DNA of 13,466 nt, taken from Candidatus Eiseniibacteriota bacterium. GTDB lineage: Bacteria > Eisenbacteria > RBG-16-71-46 > JABDJR01 > JAWXBZ01. The position numbers were made by a program, and so were the translations under genes. How positions within the stretch are numbered: position 1 is the first letter of the stretch; every line of letters begins with the position of its first letter. A model generated the notes under the pieces. It saw nothing but the letters and a program-made list of their open reading frames with translations, was not told the origin of the DNA and made no database searches. The stretch is from the NCBI GenBank assembly GCA_034440375.1, contig JAWXBZ010000211.1, positions 1-13,466 on the forward strand, given 5' to 3'. Positions 1 to 9,031 of this stretch are shown one piece after another.

Positions 1-53
1 CCCCTTCTCTTCAGGCGGGGGTCCCCCCCCCACCACCTGGCTCCGCTCCCCGC

Positions 54-1304
54 CTATTTGATCAGGCAGGATCGCAGCGTCGTCTCGCCATAGATCGTGG
101 CGGGAAACAGGTACGGCAGGAGCCCCTCCAGAAACTGCCGTAACTTCAATTGCTCATGGCTGGCCTCGTGGCGGCTGTGTACCGTTCGCAGGAAGCCTTC
201 CAGCGTGTAGATCTGGAATTCCACATTGAAGATGTAGGGAGCCCGCCCCGCGTCATCCGGCCGGTGCAGAACGCCGACCAGGCTCTTTCTTACCTGGAAG
301 CCGCCGGCGGACTGTTCGTGCAGGCGACTCCGGTCATCATGGCTCTTGATGGTGTCCACGGCCTCGCGCCAGCGAAACGGTCCCCCAAAGATGTCATAGA
401 GCATGGCCTGCAGCCGCTCGACCTCGCCGGCATTCTTCACGATGAACATCGCACCGATCAGGTCGCCGATCTTTTGAGGATCGATTTCCCCCTTTCGGAT
501 CATCTTGCTCACGATCGAACCGCTCATGCCGCGCCGGAGCTCCTCCCAGATCGGCACGTCCTCCGGATCAATCTCCTCAGGGGCCAGTGGCTCCAATTTC
601 CGGAAGCGGTATCGACGCTTGAATCGGCACGAGTGGTAGAAGACATGGACATGAGTCATCTTGCCGCCGACCGGCCGCGCAATGCGGCGCAGGTGCACCG
701 GCCACGAATCCTCGCCCGCCCCGGGCGCGCCCAGTCGGTAGTGAATGGACTTGCCGTCATTCGTCAGCGAAAAGCTCACGGTGAGGCGCCGCGACCGTGT
801 CACCCTGGCCCAGAGTTCCCGTGCCAGACACTCCTCCAGGCGCCGGGTATGAGCCGGGCCGTTCTGGACGTCGTCGGTGTGATCGACGTCGAAGAAGAGG
901 CGGGCGAGGCCCACCTTCCGTTGGGCCTCGAATCGGGCCCGACGATCCTCCGAGGTAAACACCGTGTCCATGAGCGCCATGAGGTCGTTGGTGCCTGTCA
1001 CCGAAGGGAGCGGCGCCAGGGCCATGCCGGCCGGACTCGGCACCAGCTGCAACAGTTCTCGGAGGTAAAGATCGACTTCGCGCAGATACGAGTGAAGCTC
1101 CGACAGGTTCTGGCTCAGCGGCCGGGGATCGTCCCACGGGCGAAGCAACCGGTTCAGGTGGGCGTTGTACGCGTCGGGCCCGCGTCGCATGTCGTCGAGC
1201 GCCTGTCGCAGGGCGCCCGCCCCCTCCGGATCCTTGTCGAAATAATTCGGGTCGAGAAGCGGGTGGGCCAGGTAGTTCGGAGAAAGGAGCCGCTCGAAGT
1301 TCAA
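54..1304 (-). CDS. Uncharacterised protein with a C-terminal RelA/SpoT-like (Rel synthetase-type) nucleotidyltransferase domain; resembles the TIGR04552/TIGR04562 family
   Basis: 416-aa ORF whose ATG overlaps the Nudix stop codon (ATGA, 1301-1304). Ordered motifs CRFK...SIVSKMIRK, IGDLIGAMFIV, SAGGFQV, VEFQIYT, ASHEQLKLRQ parallel the Rel synthetase motifs (RxK..S..K, DxxGxR, GYQS, ExQIRT, HxxYK). The ASHxxxKxRQ ending and length recall TIGR04552/04562 proteins (from memory, not searched). Confidence 0.7.
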   Translation of the reverse strand: MNFERLLSPNYLAHPLLDPNYFDKDPEGAGALRQALDDMRRGPDAYNAHLNRLLRPWDDPRPLSQNLSELHSYLREVDLYLRELLQLVPSPAGMALAPLPSVTGTNDLMALMDTVFTSEDRRARFEAQRKVGLARLFFDVDHTDDVQNGPAHTRRLEECLARELWARVTRSRRLTVSFSLTNDGKSIHYRLGAPGAGEDSWPVHLRRIARPVGGKMTHVHVFYHSCRFKRRYRFRKLEPLAPEEIDPEDVPIWEELRRGMSGSIVSKMIRKGEIDPQKIGDLIGAMFIVKNAGEVERLQAMLYDIFGGPFRWREAVDTIKSHDDRSRLHEQSAGGFQVRKSLVGVLHRPDDAGRAPYIFNVEFQIYTLEGFLRTVHSRHEASHEQLKLRQFLEGLLPYLFPATIYGETTLRSCLIK

Positions 1305-1687
1305 TTTCCTGGCGCCGCTTGAAGTTGTTCAATCAGGGGCAGGTCGGCGGGTGGAAACTCGAAATCGCTCAATTCCCGGAGCGTGACCCACCGAAATTCG
1401 GCGCAACCGATCGCCGCCGGAGTGCCCGCCACCGGCGTGCACAGGTAGAAATGCAGGTCGAGTGATCGATCCGGGTATTCCTGGCGGACGGTCAGCGCGA
1501 GGCGGCCGACCCGGACCGTGAGGTCGAGTTCCTCCTTGATCTCACGAACGAGGCACTCCTCCAGCGATTCACCGTCTTCACGGGTACCACCCGGGAACTC
1601 CCAGAAGCCGCCGAGGTGCGCCTCCGCCAGGCGTCGGGCGATCAGCACGTATTCGCCTTGACGAATGACACCGGCGGCCACCTCCAT
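1301..1687 (-). CDS. Nudix hydrolase, MutT/NudG-like (deoxy)nucleoside triphosphate pyrophosphohydrolase
   Basis: HLGGFWEFPGG followed by the Nudix box GTREDGESLEECLVREIKEELDL, and C-terminal FPPADLPLI. Start moved from 1804 (which overlaps thiC) to the ATG at 1687, which has GGAGA 8 nt upstream; 128 aa. Confidence 0.92.
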   Translation of the reverse strand: MEVAAGVIRQGEYVLIARRLAEAHLGGFWEFPGGTREDGESLEECLVREIKEELDLTVRVGRLALTVRQEYPDRSLDLHFYLCTPVAGTPAAIGCAEFRWVTLRELSDFEFPPADLPLIEQLQAAPGN

Positions 1688-1707
1688 GGAAGGCTTCTCC
1701 GGTGGGC

Positions 1708-3087
<1,380 letters not shown>

Positions 3088-3131
3088 TTAGGCGGGAGCA
3101 GCCGGGCTAATTGCGCCTCACTGTGACGGTT

Positions 3132-3160
3132 ATGCTGTCATGATCCTCCGGAGGTGTCAA
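3132..3160 (-). promoter_or_regulatory. sigma70-type promoter for the thiC operon
   Basis: Minus strand: perfect -35 TTGACA (3160-3155), 17-nt spacer, then CAGCAT (3137-3132) preceded by TG-n (extended -10). Confidence 0.65.
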
Positions 3161-3256
3161 TCCCATGCCCCTATCTGGACAACCCGGCTGAAAAGTGGTC
3201 TCCTCACCCTGCCTCCCCTCCGGGGCGTTTCCCGGTTTTCCCAACAGGAGTTCCGA

Positions 3257-3682
3257 ATGAACCGAACGACGCGGTCGTTTCCGGGTCGCCGCCCTGTCGC
3301 AGGCGGCTTCCGAACATCCTTCATGGCCCCGGTCCTCGTGATCGTCGGCACCCTGGCCCTCGCCTCCTGCAGCACCGACTTTGCCCCCGACGAGGCCCGC
3401 AGCGAGCAGCCCATCAAAATCAAGCCCGGCGCCGCCGATCCGGACTCAGTCCAGAGCTTCAGTCCGAATCCGGTCACCGTGCTCGTTCAAACCGAGGTGG
3501 TCTGGTCCAACGAGGACATGGTGGCCCACCAGATTGCCAGTGTGGGAGGCATTTTCACCGCTTCGGCTCCCATCCCGCCCGGTGGCCAGTACCGGCATAT
3601 CTTCCTCACCCAGGGTACGTTTCGATACTACTGCACGCTGCCGGGGCATCGGGAAGCCGGCGTCATCAACGTCCTGCGGTAG
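3257..3682 (+). CDS. Cupredoxin (plastocyanin/amicyanin-like) domain lipoprotein
   Basis: AGGAG at 3246-3250 then ATG 3257 (141 aa). Hydrophobic stretch ending in lipobox LALASC; FSPNPVTV...VVWSNED..AH...GTFRYYCTLPGH cupredoxin pattern. Confidence 0.88.
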   Translation: MNRTTRSFPGRRPVAGGFRTSFMAPVLVIVGTLALASCSTDFAPDEARSEQPIKIKPGAADPDSVQSFSPNPVTVLVQTEVVWSNEDMVAHQIASVGGIFTASAPIPPGGQYRHIFLTQGTFRYYCTLPGHREAGVINVLR

Positions 3683-5408
3683 TCGAATCCACATCGGCCA
3701 GTTCCGTGCGCAGCCGTTGGCGTCGTTCCTCATCCACGGCCCGAAACGTCCCGGCTTGCTCGGCCGCGGCGTACTCCGCGAGTGCTTCCTCCCGCCGACC
3801 TGAAAGCCAGAGAATTTCGGCGTGCAGCACGTGGAGTTTCGACTCGTGGGGGACGCGGCTGACAAGCCGGCGCAATCGTTCCGATTGTTCGACCGGGATC
3901 GGCGATTCGATCCCACCCGGCCGGATGATTCGGTAAACGGCCGTGTGCCGCCGTTCCAGCATCGGATCGAACCAGATCGGTTCGAGGCGCGCCTCATTCA
4001 ACATCGTGAACGAGTCTCTCACCAGCGGCATCAAGTCGGGTCGGAATATCTCGGCCACCGCCTCACCCACGACAAGAAAATCACCCTTCATCAGTTGGAT
4101 GGCGTCGATCGTGGCGTGGTAGCTGCCGTATGGCACCTGCTCGAACCGGGTCCCGGCGTAGAAAGCGGTGTATGGCTTTCGATCGAGGATCAGGGCGTCC
4201 GGCGGAATGAAGGCCTTCAGTTCACGTCCTGCGCGGACGAGTTCGGGGTAGAAGCCATCCTCCTGCAGCCGGAGGCCCCGGGCCCCCGGTATCGCTGCGA
4301 GAAGCCAGCCGGCCACCACTGTTACAGCGACGGCCAGACCCACGCGGCGGCGCTCGCGGATCAACTGGTCCACCGCCAGGACAGCCAGGAGCAGCACGAA
4401 CGGCAGAACCGGCACGATCAATCGCGGGATTGGAGCCACGCCGGCGAAGAACGGCACGACCAGGAGTTGGGCCAGACCGGCGGCGGCGAGGCTCGGCCGA
4501 TCCGGGCGTCGCTCCCGGATCGCCAGAACGAGGCCGGACAGCGCCGCGAGCAGGAGCGGCCAGCCGACGGCATGCGCCAGGTGGCGTAATTCCGAAAGAA
4601 AACGGCCGGGCCAGGCACGCAGGCTGTCGCCACCGAAATGCCGGAGCCGAACCACCAGGCCCGCATCCGGCGCTGCGGGGGCGCCGGGCAGCTTGATCGA
4701 TTCGTTCTGAACCGGCGTGTCAGCGATGATGTTGCTGTCCTTGAGCGTCAGGCTCCAGCTCCCCGACTGGGAATGGTTGTACAGAAGGGCCGGGACAAAA
4801 CCCGTGACAACCAGGCCGGCCAGCAACCACCGCCGCGCCCGCGGCCAAGGACCCGACAGAATCACCATCGCACCGACCAGGATCATCCCTTCCGGCCGGA
4901 CATGAAATGCCAGTCCGCCCAGCGCTCCCCCCAGGAGAAATTGTCCTTGAGTTGCCGCCACCACGGAAAGGCCAGCCAGCATGAGATAGGGCATCTCGGA
5001 CATGGTGATGATCGAACTTCGGATCAAGAGCGGCGTCAGGGCCATTCCGACCCCGACGGCCAGGCCTCCCCGGCGCCCGATCCAACGACGGCCAAGGAGC
5101 CAGAAAGCCGCCACGGCAGCAAGGCCGGCCAGGAGGGCTGTGACGCGCGCGGCATCCACACCCTCGCCACCCATCGCCACGAGCAACGGCATCATCATCA
5201 CCGGATAGCCCGGAGGCTGCACGGTAGCGTACGACTGTCCACCCAGCAGATCGCGAGCCAGGCGGATATAACTGGTACCGTCGACGGTGACGATGGACTG
5301 ATGCGGCCAGGCGAGGAGGCGAACGAGCAGGCAGCCGGCAAGCAGCGCGGCGAGGATCGCCCAATCCCGGCGGTCCATTGTCGGGATCGGCCCTGCCTTC
5401 GTGTTCAT
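3666..5408 (-). CDS. GT-C fold membrane glycosyltransferase (ArnT/PMT-like, GT39/GT83) with a C-terminal TPR-like helix pair
   Basis: Many TM segments; first-loop VDGTSY, PPGYP, MSEMPY and RPEG motifs; C-terminal LHAEILWLSGRREEALAEY. Start uncertain (ATG 5408 or 5378). Overlaps the cupredoxin 3' end by 17 nt (convergent). Confidence 0.82.
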   Translation of the reverse strand: MNTKAGPIPTMDRRDWAILAALLAGCLLVRLLAWPHQSIVTVDGTSYIRLARDLLGGQSYATVQPPGYPVMMMPLLVAMGGEGVDAARVTALLAGLAAVAAFWLLGRRWIGRRGGLAVGVGMALTPLLIRSSIITMSEMPYLMLAGLSVVAATQGQFLLGGALGGLAFHVRPEGMILVGAMVILSGPWPRARRWLLAGLVVTGFVPALLYNHSQSGSWSLTLKDSNIIADTPVQNESIKLPGAPAAPDAGLVVRLRHFGGDSLRAWPGRFLSELRHLAHAVGWPLLLAALSGLVLAIRERRPDRPSLAAAGLAQLLVVPFFAGVAPIPRLIVPVLPFVLLLAVLAVDQLIRERRRVGLAVAVTVVAGWLLAAIPGARGLRLQEDGFYPELVRAGRELKAFIPPDALILDRKPYTAFYAGTRFEQVPYGSYHATIDAIQLMKGDFLVVGEAVAEIFRPDLMPLVRDSFTMLNEARLEPIWFDPMLERRHTAVYRIIRPGGIESPIPVEQSERLRRLVSRVPHESKLHVLHAEILWLSGRREEALAEYAAAEQAGTFRAVDEERRQRLRTELADVDSTTAGR

Positions 5409-5450
5409 GAACAACAAGGAACCAACCAACCAGGTCTGGAATCGGTTGGT
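5409..5450 (-). terminator. Candidate intrinsic terminator/attenuator hairpin after the regulator gene
   Basis: Minus strand ACCAACC (5450-5444) pairs with GGTTGGT (5431-5425) around a 12-nt loop, followed by the T-rich tail TGGTTCCTTGTTGTTC. Confidence 0.4.
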
Positions 5451-5456
5451 CGTACG

Positions 5457-6995
5457 TCAGTCATCCGCCTCAATCCCGTACCGCTTCATTTTCTTGTACA
5501 GCGTGACGCGGCTGACGCCCAGCGCCCTGGCGGCGGTCTGGCGGCTCCAGGCGTGCTCCTCGAGGGCAGCAAGGATCAGCTCCTTTTCGGCGCCGGCCGC
5601 GGCATCGTCGAGGGTCCTGGCCCCCCCCGTCCGCTTCCCGGCATCGCGCAGCGACGGCGGAAGGTCGTGGGTTTCGATCTTCACGCCCTCGGAAAGCACG
5701 ACCGCCTGCGCCACGGCGTTCTCGAGTTCACGCACATTGCCCGGCCAGTGATGGGTCATCATCAGATCGATGGCCGCGCGAGTGAAGGAGCGTGCATCCC
5801 GGTTGTTTTCGGTGGCATAGCGCTTCAGGAAGAACTCGGCCAATGACGGCACGTCGCTCATCCGATCGCGAAGCGGCGGCAGCACCAGCGGCACCACGTT
5901 GAGTCGGAAGAACAGATCCTCACGGAAGCTCCCCGCGGCCACCGACTCCTCGAGATTCTTGTTGGTCGCCGCCACGATGCGGACATCGACCTTGGTTGGT
6001 TCACGCCCCCCCACGCGCTCGACGACATGCTCCTGAACGGCCTTCAATATCTTGGCCTGGAGTGTCAGGCTCATGTCGCCGATCTCGTCCAGGAAGATGG
6101 TGCCGCCCGAGGCCTGCTCGAATCGGCCGACTCGCGCATCGACCCCCGTGGCCGTCCCCTTGGCCACGCCAAAGAACTCGGATTCAAGAAGAGTCTCGGG
6201 AACGGCGGCGCAGTTCACCTCGATGTAGGGGCCGTTCTTGCGGGGCGAGAGCTCGTGAATGCGGCGGGCCACCATCCCCTTGCCGGTGCCGCTTTCGCCG
6301 CGGATCAGTACGTTGACCTTGCTGTCGGCCACCCGTCTCAACAGGTGCAGAATTTTCTGCATGGCCGGGCTTGTCCCGATGAACCCCTCGAAATGTTCCG
6401 GCTTGCCAAGTGCAATCTTGAGCCGGGCGTTTTCATCCTGCAGCGCCTCACGCCGGTTTTCCAGTTCGGCGTACAGATGAGCATTGTCCAGGCCGATGGC
6501 CGCCAGTGAGGCGATGGCTTCAAGGTAACGCTGCTCGCGCGGTCCGAAGATCCCGGCCACACGGCGGTTTTCGAGGTAGAGAGCGCCGCCCACACCGGTG
6601 CGCAGCACCAGCGGTACACAAAGAATCGAGCGAAGGGACAATCCCTGCACCGACTCCGAGATCCAGTTGGGATCCGAGAGGGCATCCGTGATGCAGGCTG
6701 ACGTCCCGGACTCGACCACGTTGCGCAAAACCTTCCGACTGACCTGCACCTGGTCCTCGGGAAGACTTTCCTCGGCGAAGTTGCGCGCGGTTCGATTGAT
6801 CGGTTCACCGACCTCGTTCAAGAGAACGAGAATTCCCATTTCGGCGGAGAGTTCGCGGATGGCCGTATCCAGGATGACTTCCAGCAGATGATCAAAATCC
6901 CGGATGGCCGTGAGCGCCCTGGCAACCTCGACAAGGGTGTCGACATCGGCGCCGCGCTGGGCGCCTCCGGAAGCCGGGGGTTCAGTGGGGATCAT
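5457..6995 (-). CDS. GAF-domain sigma54-type enhancer-binding protein (GAF-AAA+-Fis HTH)
   Basis: N-terminal GAF (SILCVPL, GALYLEN), Walker A GESGTGK, VNCAAVPETLLESEFFG, Walker B FLDEIGD, FREDLFFRL, WPGNVRELEN, and HTH AARALGVSRVTLYKKMKRYGI. Confidence 0.95.
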   Translation of the reverse strand: MIPTEPPASGGAQRGADVDTLVEVARALTAIRDFDHLLEVILDTAIRELSAEMGILVLLNEVGEPINRTARNFAEESLPEDQVQVSRKVLRNVVESGTSACITDALSDPNWISESVQGLSLRSILCVPLVLRTGVGGALYLENRRVAGIFGPREQRYLEAIASLAAIGLDNAHLYAELENRREALQDENARLKIALGKPEHFEGFIGTSPAMQKILHLLRRVADSKVNVLIRGESGTGKGMVARRIHELSPRKNGPYIEVNCAAVPETLLESEFFGVAKGTATGVDARVGRFEQASGGTIFLDEIGDMSLTLQAKILKAVQEHVVERVGGREPTKVDVRIVAATNKNLEESVAAGSFREDLFFRLNVVPLVLPPLRDRMSDVPSLAEFFLKRYATENNRDARSFTRAAIDLMMTHHWPGNVRELENAVAQAVVLSEGVKIETHDLPPSLRDAGKRTGGARTLDDAAAGAEKELILAALEEHAWSRQTAARALGVSRVTLYKKMKRYGIEADD

Positions 6996-7004
6996 GGTCG
7001 GGCA

Positions 7005-7033
7005 ATTCTATGCCGCGCGGGGCTGCGGAGCAA
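7005..7033 (-). promoter_or_regulatory. sigma70-type promoter for the GAF-EBP gene (near-leaderless)
   Basis: TTGCTC (7033-7028), 17 nt, TAGAAT (7010-7005), then 9 nt to ATG 6995; no SD. Confidence 0.6.
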
Positions 7034-7046
7034 CGCTGGCACCAAT

Positions 7047-7075
7047 TGGACAGCTGAATCCTCTCCTGTTAGAAT
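7047..7075 (+). promoter_or_regulatory. sigma70-type extended -10 promoter for the antiporter gene (near-leaderless)
   Basis: TGGACA (7047-7052), 17 nt, TAGAAT (7070-7075) preceded by TG-n, then 9 nt to ATG 7085; no SD. Confidence 0.65.
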
Positions 7076-7084
7076 GCCGCTCCC

Positions 7085-8521
7085 ATGATTCCATCGACTC
7101 AACCAGCGGCTCCATCCGCCGGGGCCACGGTGACCTTTGGCGGCTGGTGGCGTCGCGGCGGCGCCATGGCCGTGCTTCCCATGCTGTCAGGCCTCTGGAC
7201 GATGACGGCCTGGGCCTCCGGCGAGACGGTCGCCCCGACCTCCACCCTGCCCGACCACGGCGCGGTCGTGGCCAGGGTGCTTCTGGCGGTCATTGTCATC
7301 CTGACGACAGCCAAGCTGGTCGGCCATTTTTTCGTCAAATTTGGCCAGCCGGCCGTCCTGGGTGAGCTGATCGGCGGCATCCTCATCGGCAACCTCGGCC
7401 TCTTCGGCTTCGAAGGCCTCGCCTGGCTGGCCCACGATCCGATCATTCGTGTGCTCGCCGAAATCGGTGTCATTCTGCTCCTGTTCGAGGTCGGCCTTGA
7501 ATCAACCGTGCGCGACATGCTGGCGGTCGGGCGGGATGCGTTTGGCGTGGCCACGCTTGGCGTCGTCGCGCCGTTCCTGCTCGGTTTCGGCGTCGGCCAG
7601 ATGCTGCTACCGCAGGAATCGATCTATGTGCATCTCTTCCTGGGCGCCACCCTCTGCGCCACGTCGGTCGGACTGACCGCGCGCGTCCTCAAGGACATTG
7701 GCCAGCTTCACAGCCGGGAAGCCAGGATCATCCTCGGCGCGGCGGTCATCGACGACGTCATGGGGTTGGTCATCCTGGCCACGATCGTGGGAATCATCGC
7801 CGCAGCCGACGGCGGTGGCAGCTTGTCGATCGCTTCGGTGGTCTGGATCGTGGCCAAGTCGGGCCTGTTCCTCGGCCTCTCGCTGGTAATCGGCACATGG
7901 CTGTCCCCACGGCTCTTCCAGATGGCCTCGCGCCTGCGCGCTGACGGCGTGCTGTTGAGCTACGCGCTGGCCTTCGCCTTCGGTCTGTCCTGGCTGGCCT
8001 GGTGGGCTGGACTGGCGCCGATCGTCGGCGCCTTCGCCGCCGGACTGATTTTAGAGCCGGCCCACTTCCGAGATTTCGAGGCCCGCCGGGAGCTGCGCCT
8101 TCCCGAACTGATTCACCCGATCGGCCTGTTCCTGGTGCCGATCTTCTTTGTGCAGATGGGAGCGCAGGTCGACCTCAAAACCTTTGCCCGGTTGGAGATT
8201 CTCGGCCTGGCCGCCGCCCTGACACTGGCTGCCGTCATCGGCAAGCAGATCTGCTCGTTGGGGACGAGTACGAAGGGAATCAACCGGCTGGCCATCGGCA
8301 TCGGGATGATTCCACGCGGCGAAGTGGGCTTGATCTTTGCCGCGATCGGAGCTTCGCTGTTCGATCCGACCGGGCGCCGCGTCATCAGTCCCTCGACCTA
8401 CAGCGCCTTGGTCGTGATGGTCATCGTGACCACGATGGTGACGCCGCCGATGCTGAAATGGGCCATGTCGCGCCCTACCCCAGCAAGCGCCGATGCTCCA
8501 CCAGCAGGCAACGATCCATGA
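7085..8521 (+). CDS. Cation:proton antiporter, CPA2 family (NapA/NhaS3-like Na+/H+ antiporter)
   Basis: GQPAVLGELIGGILIG, LLFEVGLES, ATSVGLTARVL, AAVIDDVMG (DD ion-binding motif), GAFAAGL, VIGKQ, GMIPRGEVGLIFA; about 13 TM segments. Confidence 0.95.
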   Translation: MIPSTQPAAPSAGATVTFGGWWRRGGAMAVLPMLSGLWTMTAWASGETVAPTSTLPDHGAVVARVLLAVIVILTTAKLVGHFFVKFGQPAVLGELIGGILIGNLGLFGFEGLAWLAHDPIIRVLAEIGVILLLFEVGLESTVRDMLAVGRDAFGVATLGVVAPFLLGFGVGQMLLPQESIYVHLFLGATLCATSVGLTARVLKDIGQLHSREARIILGAAVIDDVMGLVILATIVGIIAAADGGGSLSIASVVWIVAKSGLFLGLSLVIGTWLSPRLFQMASRLRADGVLLSYALAFAFGLSWLAWWAGLAPIVGAFAAGLILEPAHFRDFEARRELRLPELIHPIGLFLVPIFFVQMGAQVDLKTFARLEILGLAAALTLAAVIGKQICSLGTSTKGINRLAIGIGMIPRGEVGLIFAAIGASLFDPTGRRVISPSTYSALVVMVIVTTMVTPPMLKWAMSRPTPASADAPPAGNDP

Positions 8522-8897
8522 CCACGGTAATACCGGCGGCAGTAGCCCGGCGGGCGGCAGCTTCGTCGATGACGCCGAGCTGAAGCCATAACGCTCCGGC
8601 ACCATTGGCAACCGCGTCGTCCATGTGCCGACCGACCTCGGCGGAGTTGCGGAAGAAATTGACCAGTTCGAGCGGGCGGTCGGGCGGGACGGCCGCGAGA
8701 GTCGGGTAACAGGGCTCGCCCAGAATCAGGTTATGGCCGGGGTTGACCCCGGTGATCCGATAGCCCTGTCGCTGCATGTAGGCCGTCACGGAATGGCTGT
8801 CACGATGCGGCTTCGGGGAGAGTCCGACGACCACGATCGAACGAACTCGTTCGAGAATCTCCCGAACCGCGGTGTCATCTGGATTTATCCAGGTCAT
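8475..8897 (-). CDS. CoA-binding protein, YccU-like (CoA_binding_2)
   Basis: VVGLSPKPHRDS, GYRITGVNP, ILGEPCYPTL, FFR, LWLQLGV, MDRC. Start at ATG 8897 with GGAGG 5 nt upstream. Overlaps the antiporter 3' end by 47 nt (convergent). Confidence 0.93.
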   Translation of the reverse strand: MTWINPDDTAVREILERVRSIVVVGLSPKPHRDSHSVTAYMQRQGYRITGVNPGHNLILGEPCYPTLAAVPPDRPLELVNFFRNSAEVGRHMDDAVANGAGALWLQLGVIDEAAARRATAAGITVVMDRCLLVEHRRLLG

Positions 8898-9031
8898 GAG
8901 TGCCTCCAGGGTCATCCGATTGCAACGCTTGCGCCGCGGCCTTCAATCCTTCACACTTCCCCGCTCTACTTCCGGCGCAGGGCCGCGCCGCGTCGGCGGC
9001 GATGCCGCCATCACAAGGAGAATCCGACAGC

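Noticed and set aside
150-1322. 390-aa plus-strand ORF antisense to the Rel-like gene
   Set aside because: Shadow ORF expected from high-GC codon bias; no recognisable motifs, whereas the minus-strand ORF has motifs and translational coupling.
3257-3330. Tat signal (GRRPV) in the cupredoxin
   Set aside because: Lacks the RRxFL consensus; only the lipobox is well supported.
4638-5846. 402-aa plus-strand ORF and other long Arg/Pro/Gly-rich alternative-frame ORFs (e.g. 3154-3936, 10023-10985, 10685-11815, 12163-12990)
   Set aside because: They overlap well-supported genes, have off-frame amino-acid composition and show no motifs.
7000-7055. sigma54 -24/-12 promoter candidates (TGGCACCAATTGGAC on plus, CGGCATAGAATTGC on minus)
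   Set aside because: The plus candidate has AC instead of GC at -12, and the minus candidate has GG-N9-GC rather than the required N10. Both are better explained as sigma70 elements.
8475-8521. 47-nt convergent overlap of the antiporter and CoA-binding genes as an antisense system
   Set aside because: The antiporter tail is low-complexity, and such overlaps are common in compact GC-rich genomes.
8900-9031. N-terminal 44 codons of the methyltransferase ORF
   Set aside because: Falls in the divergent intergenic region; GTG 9032 with AAGGAG gives the family-typical length.
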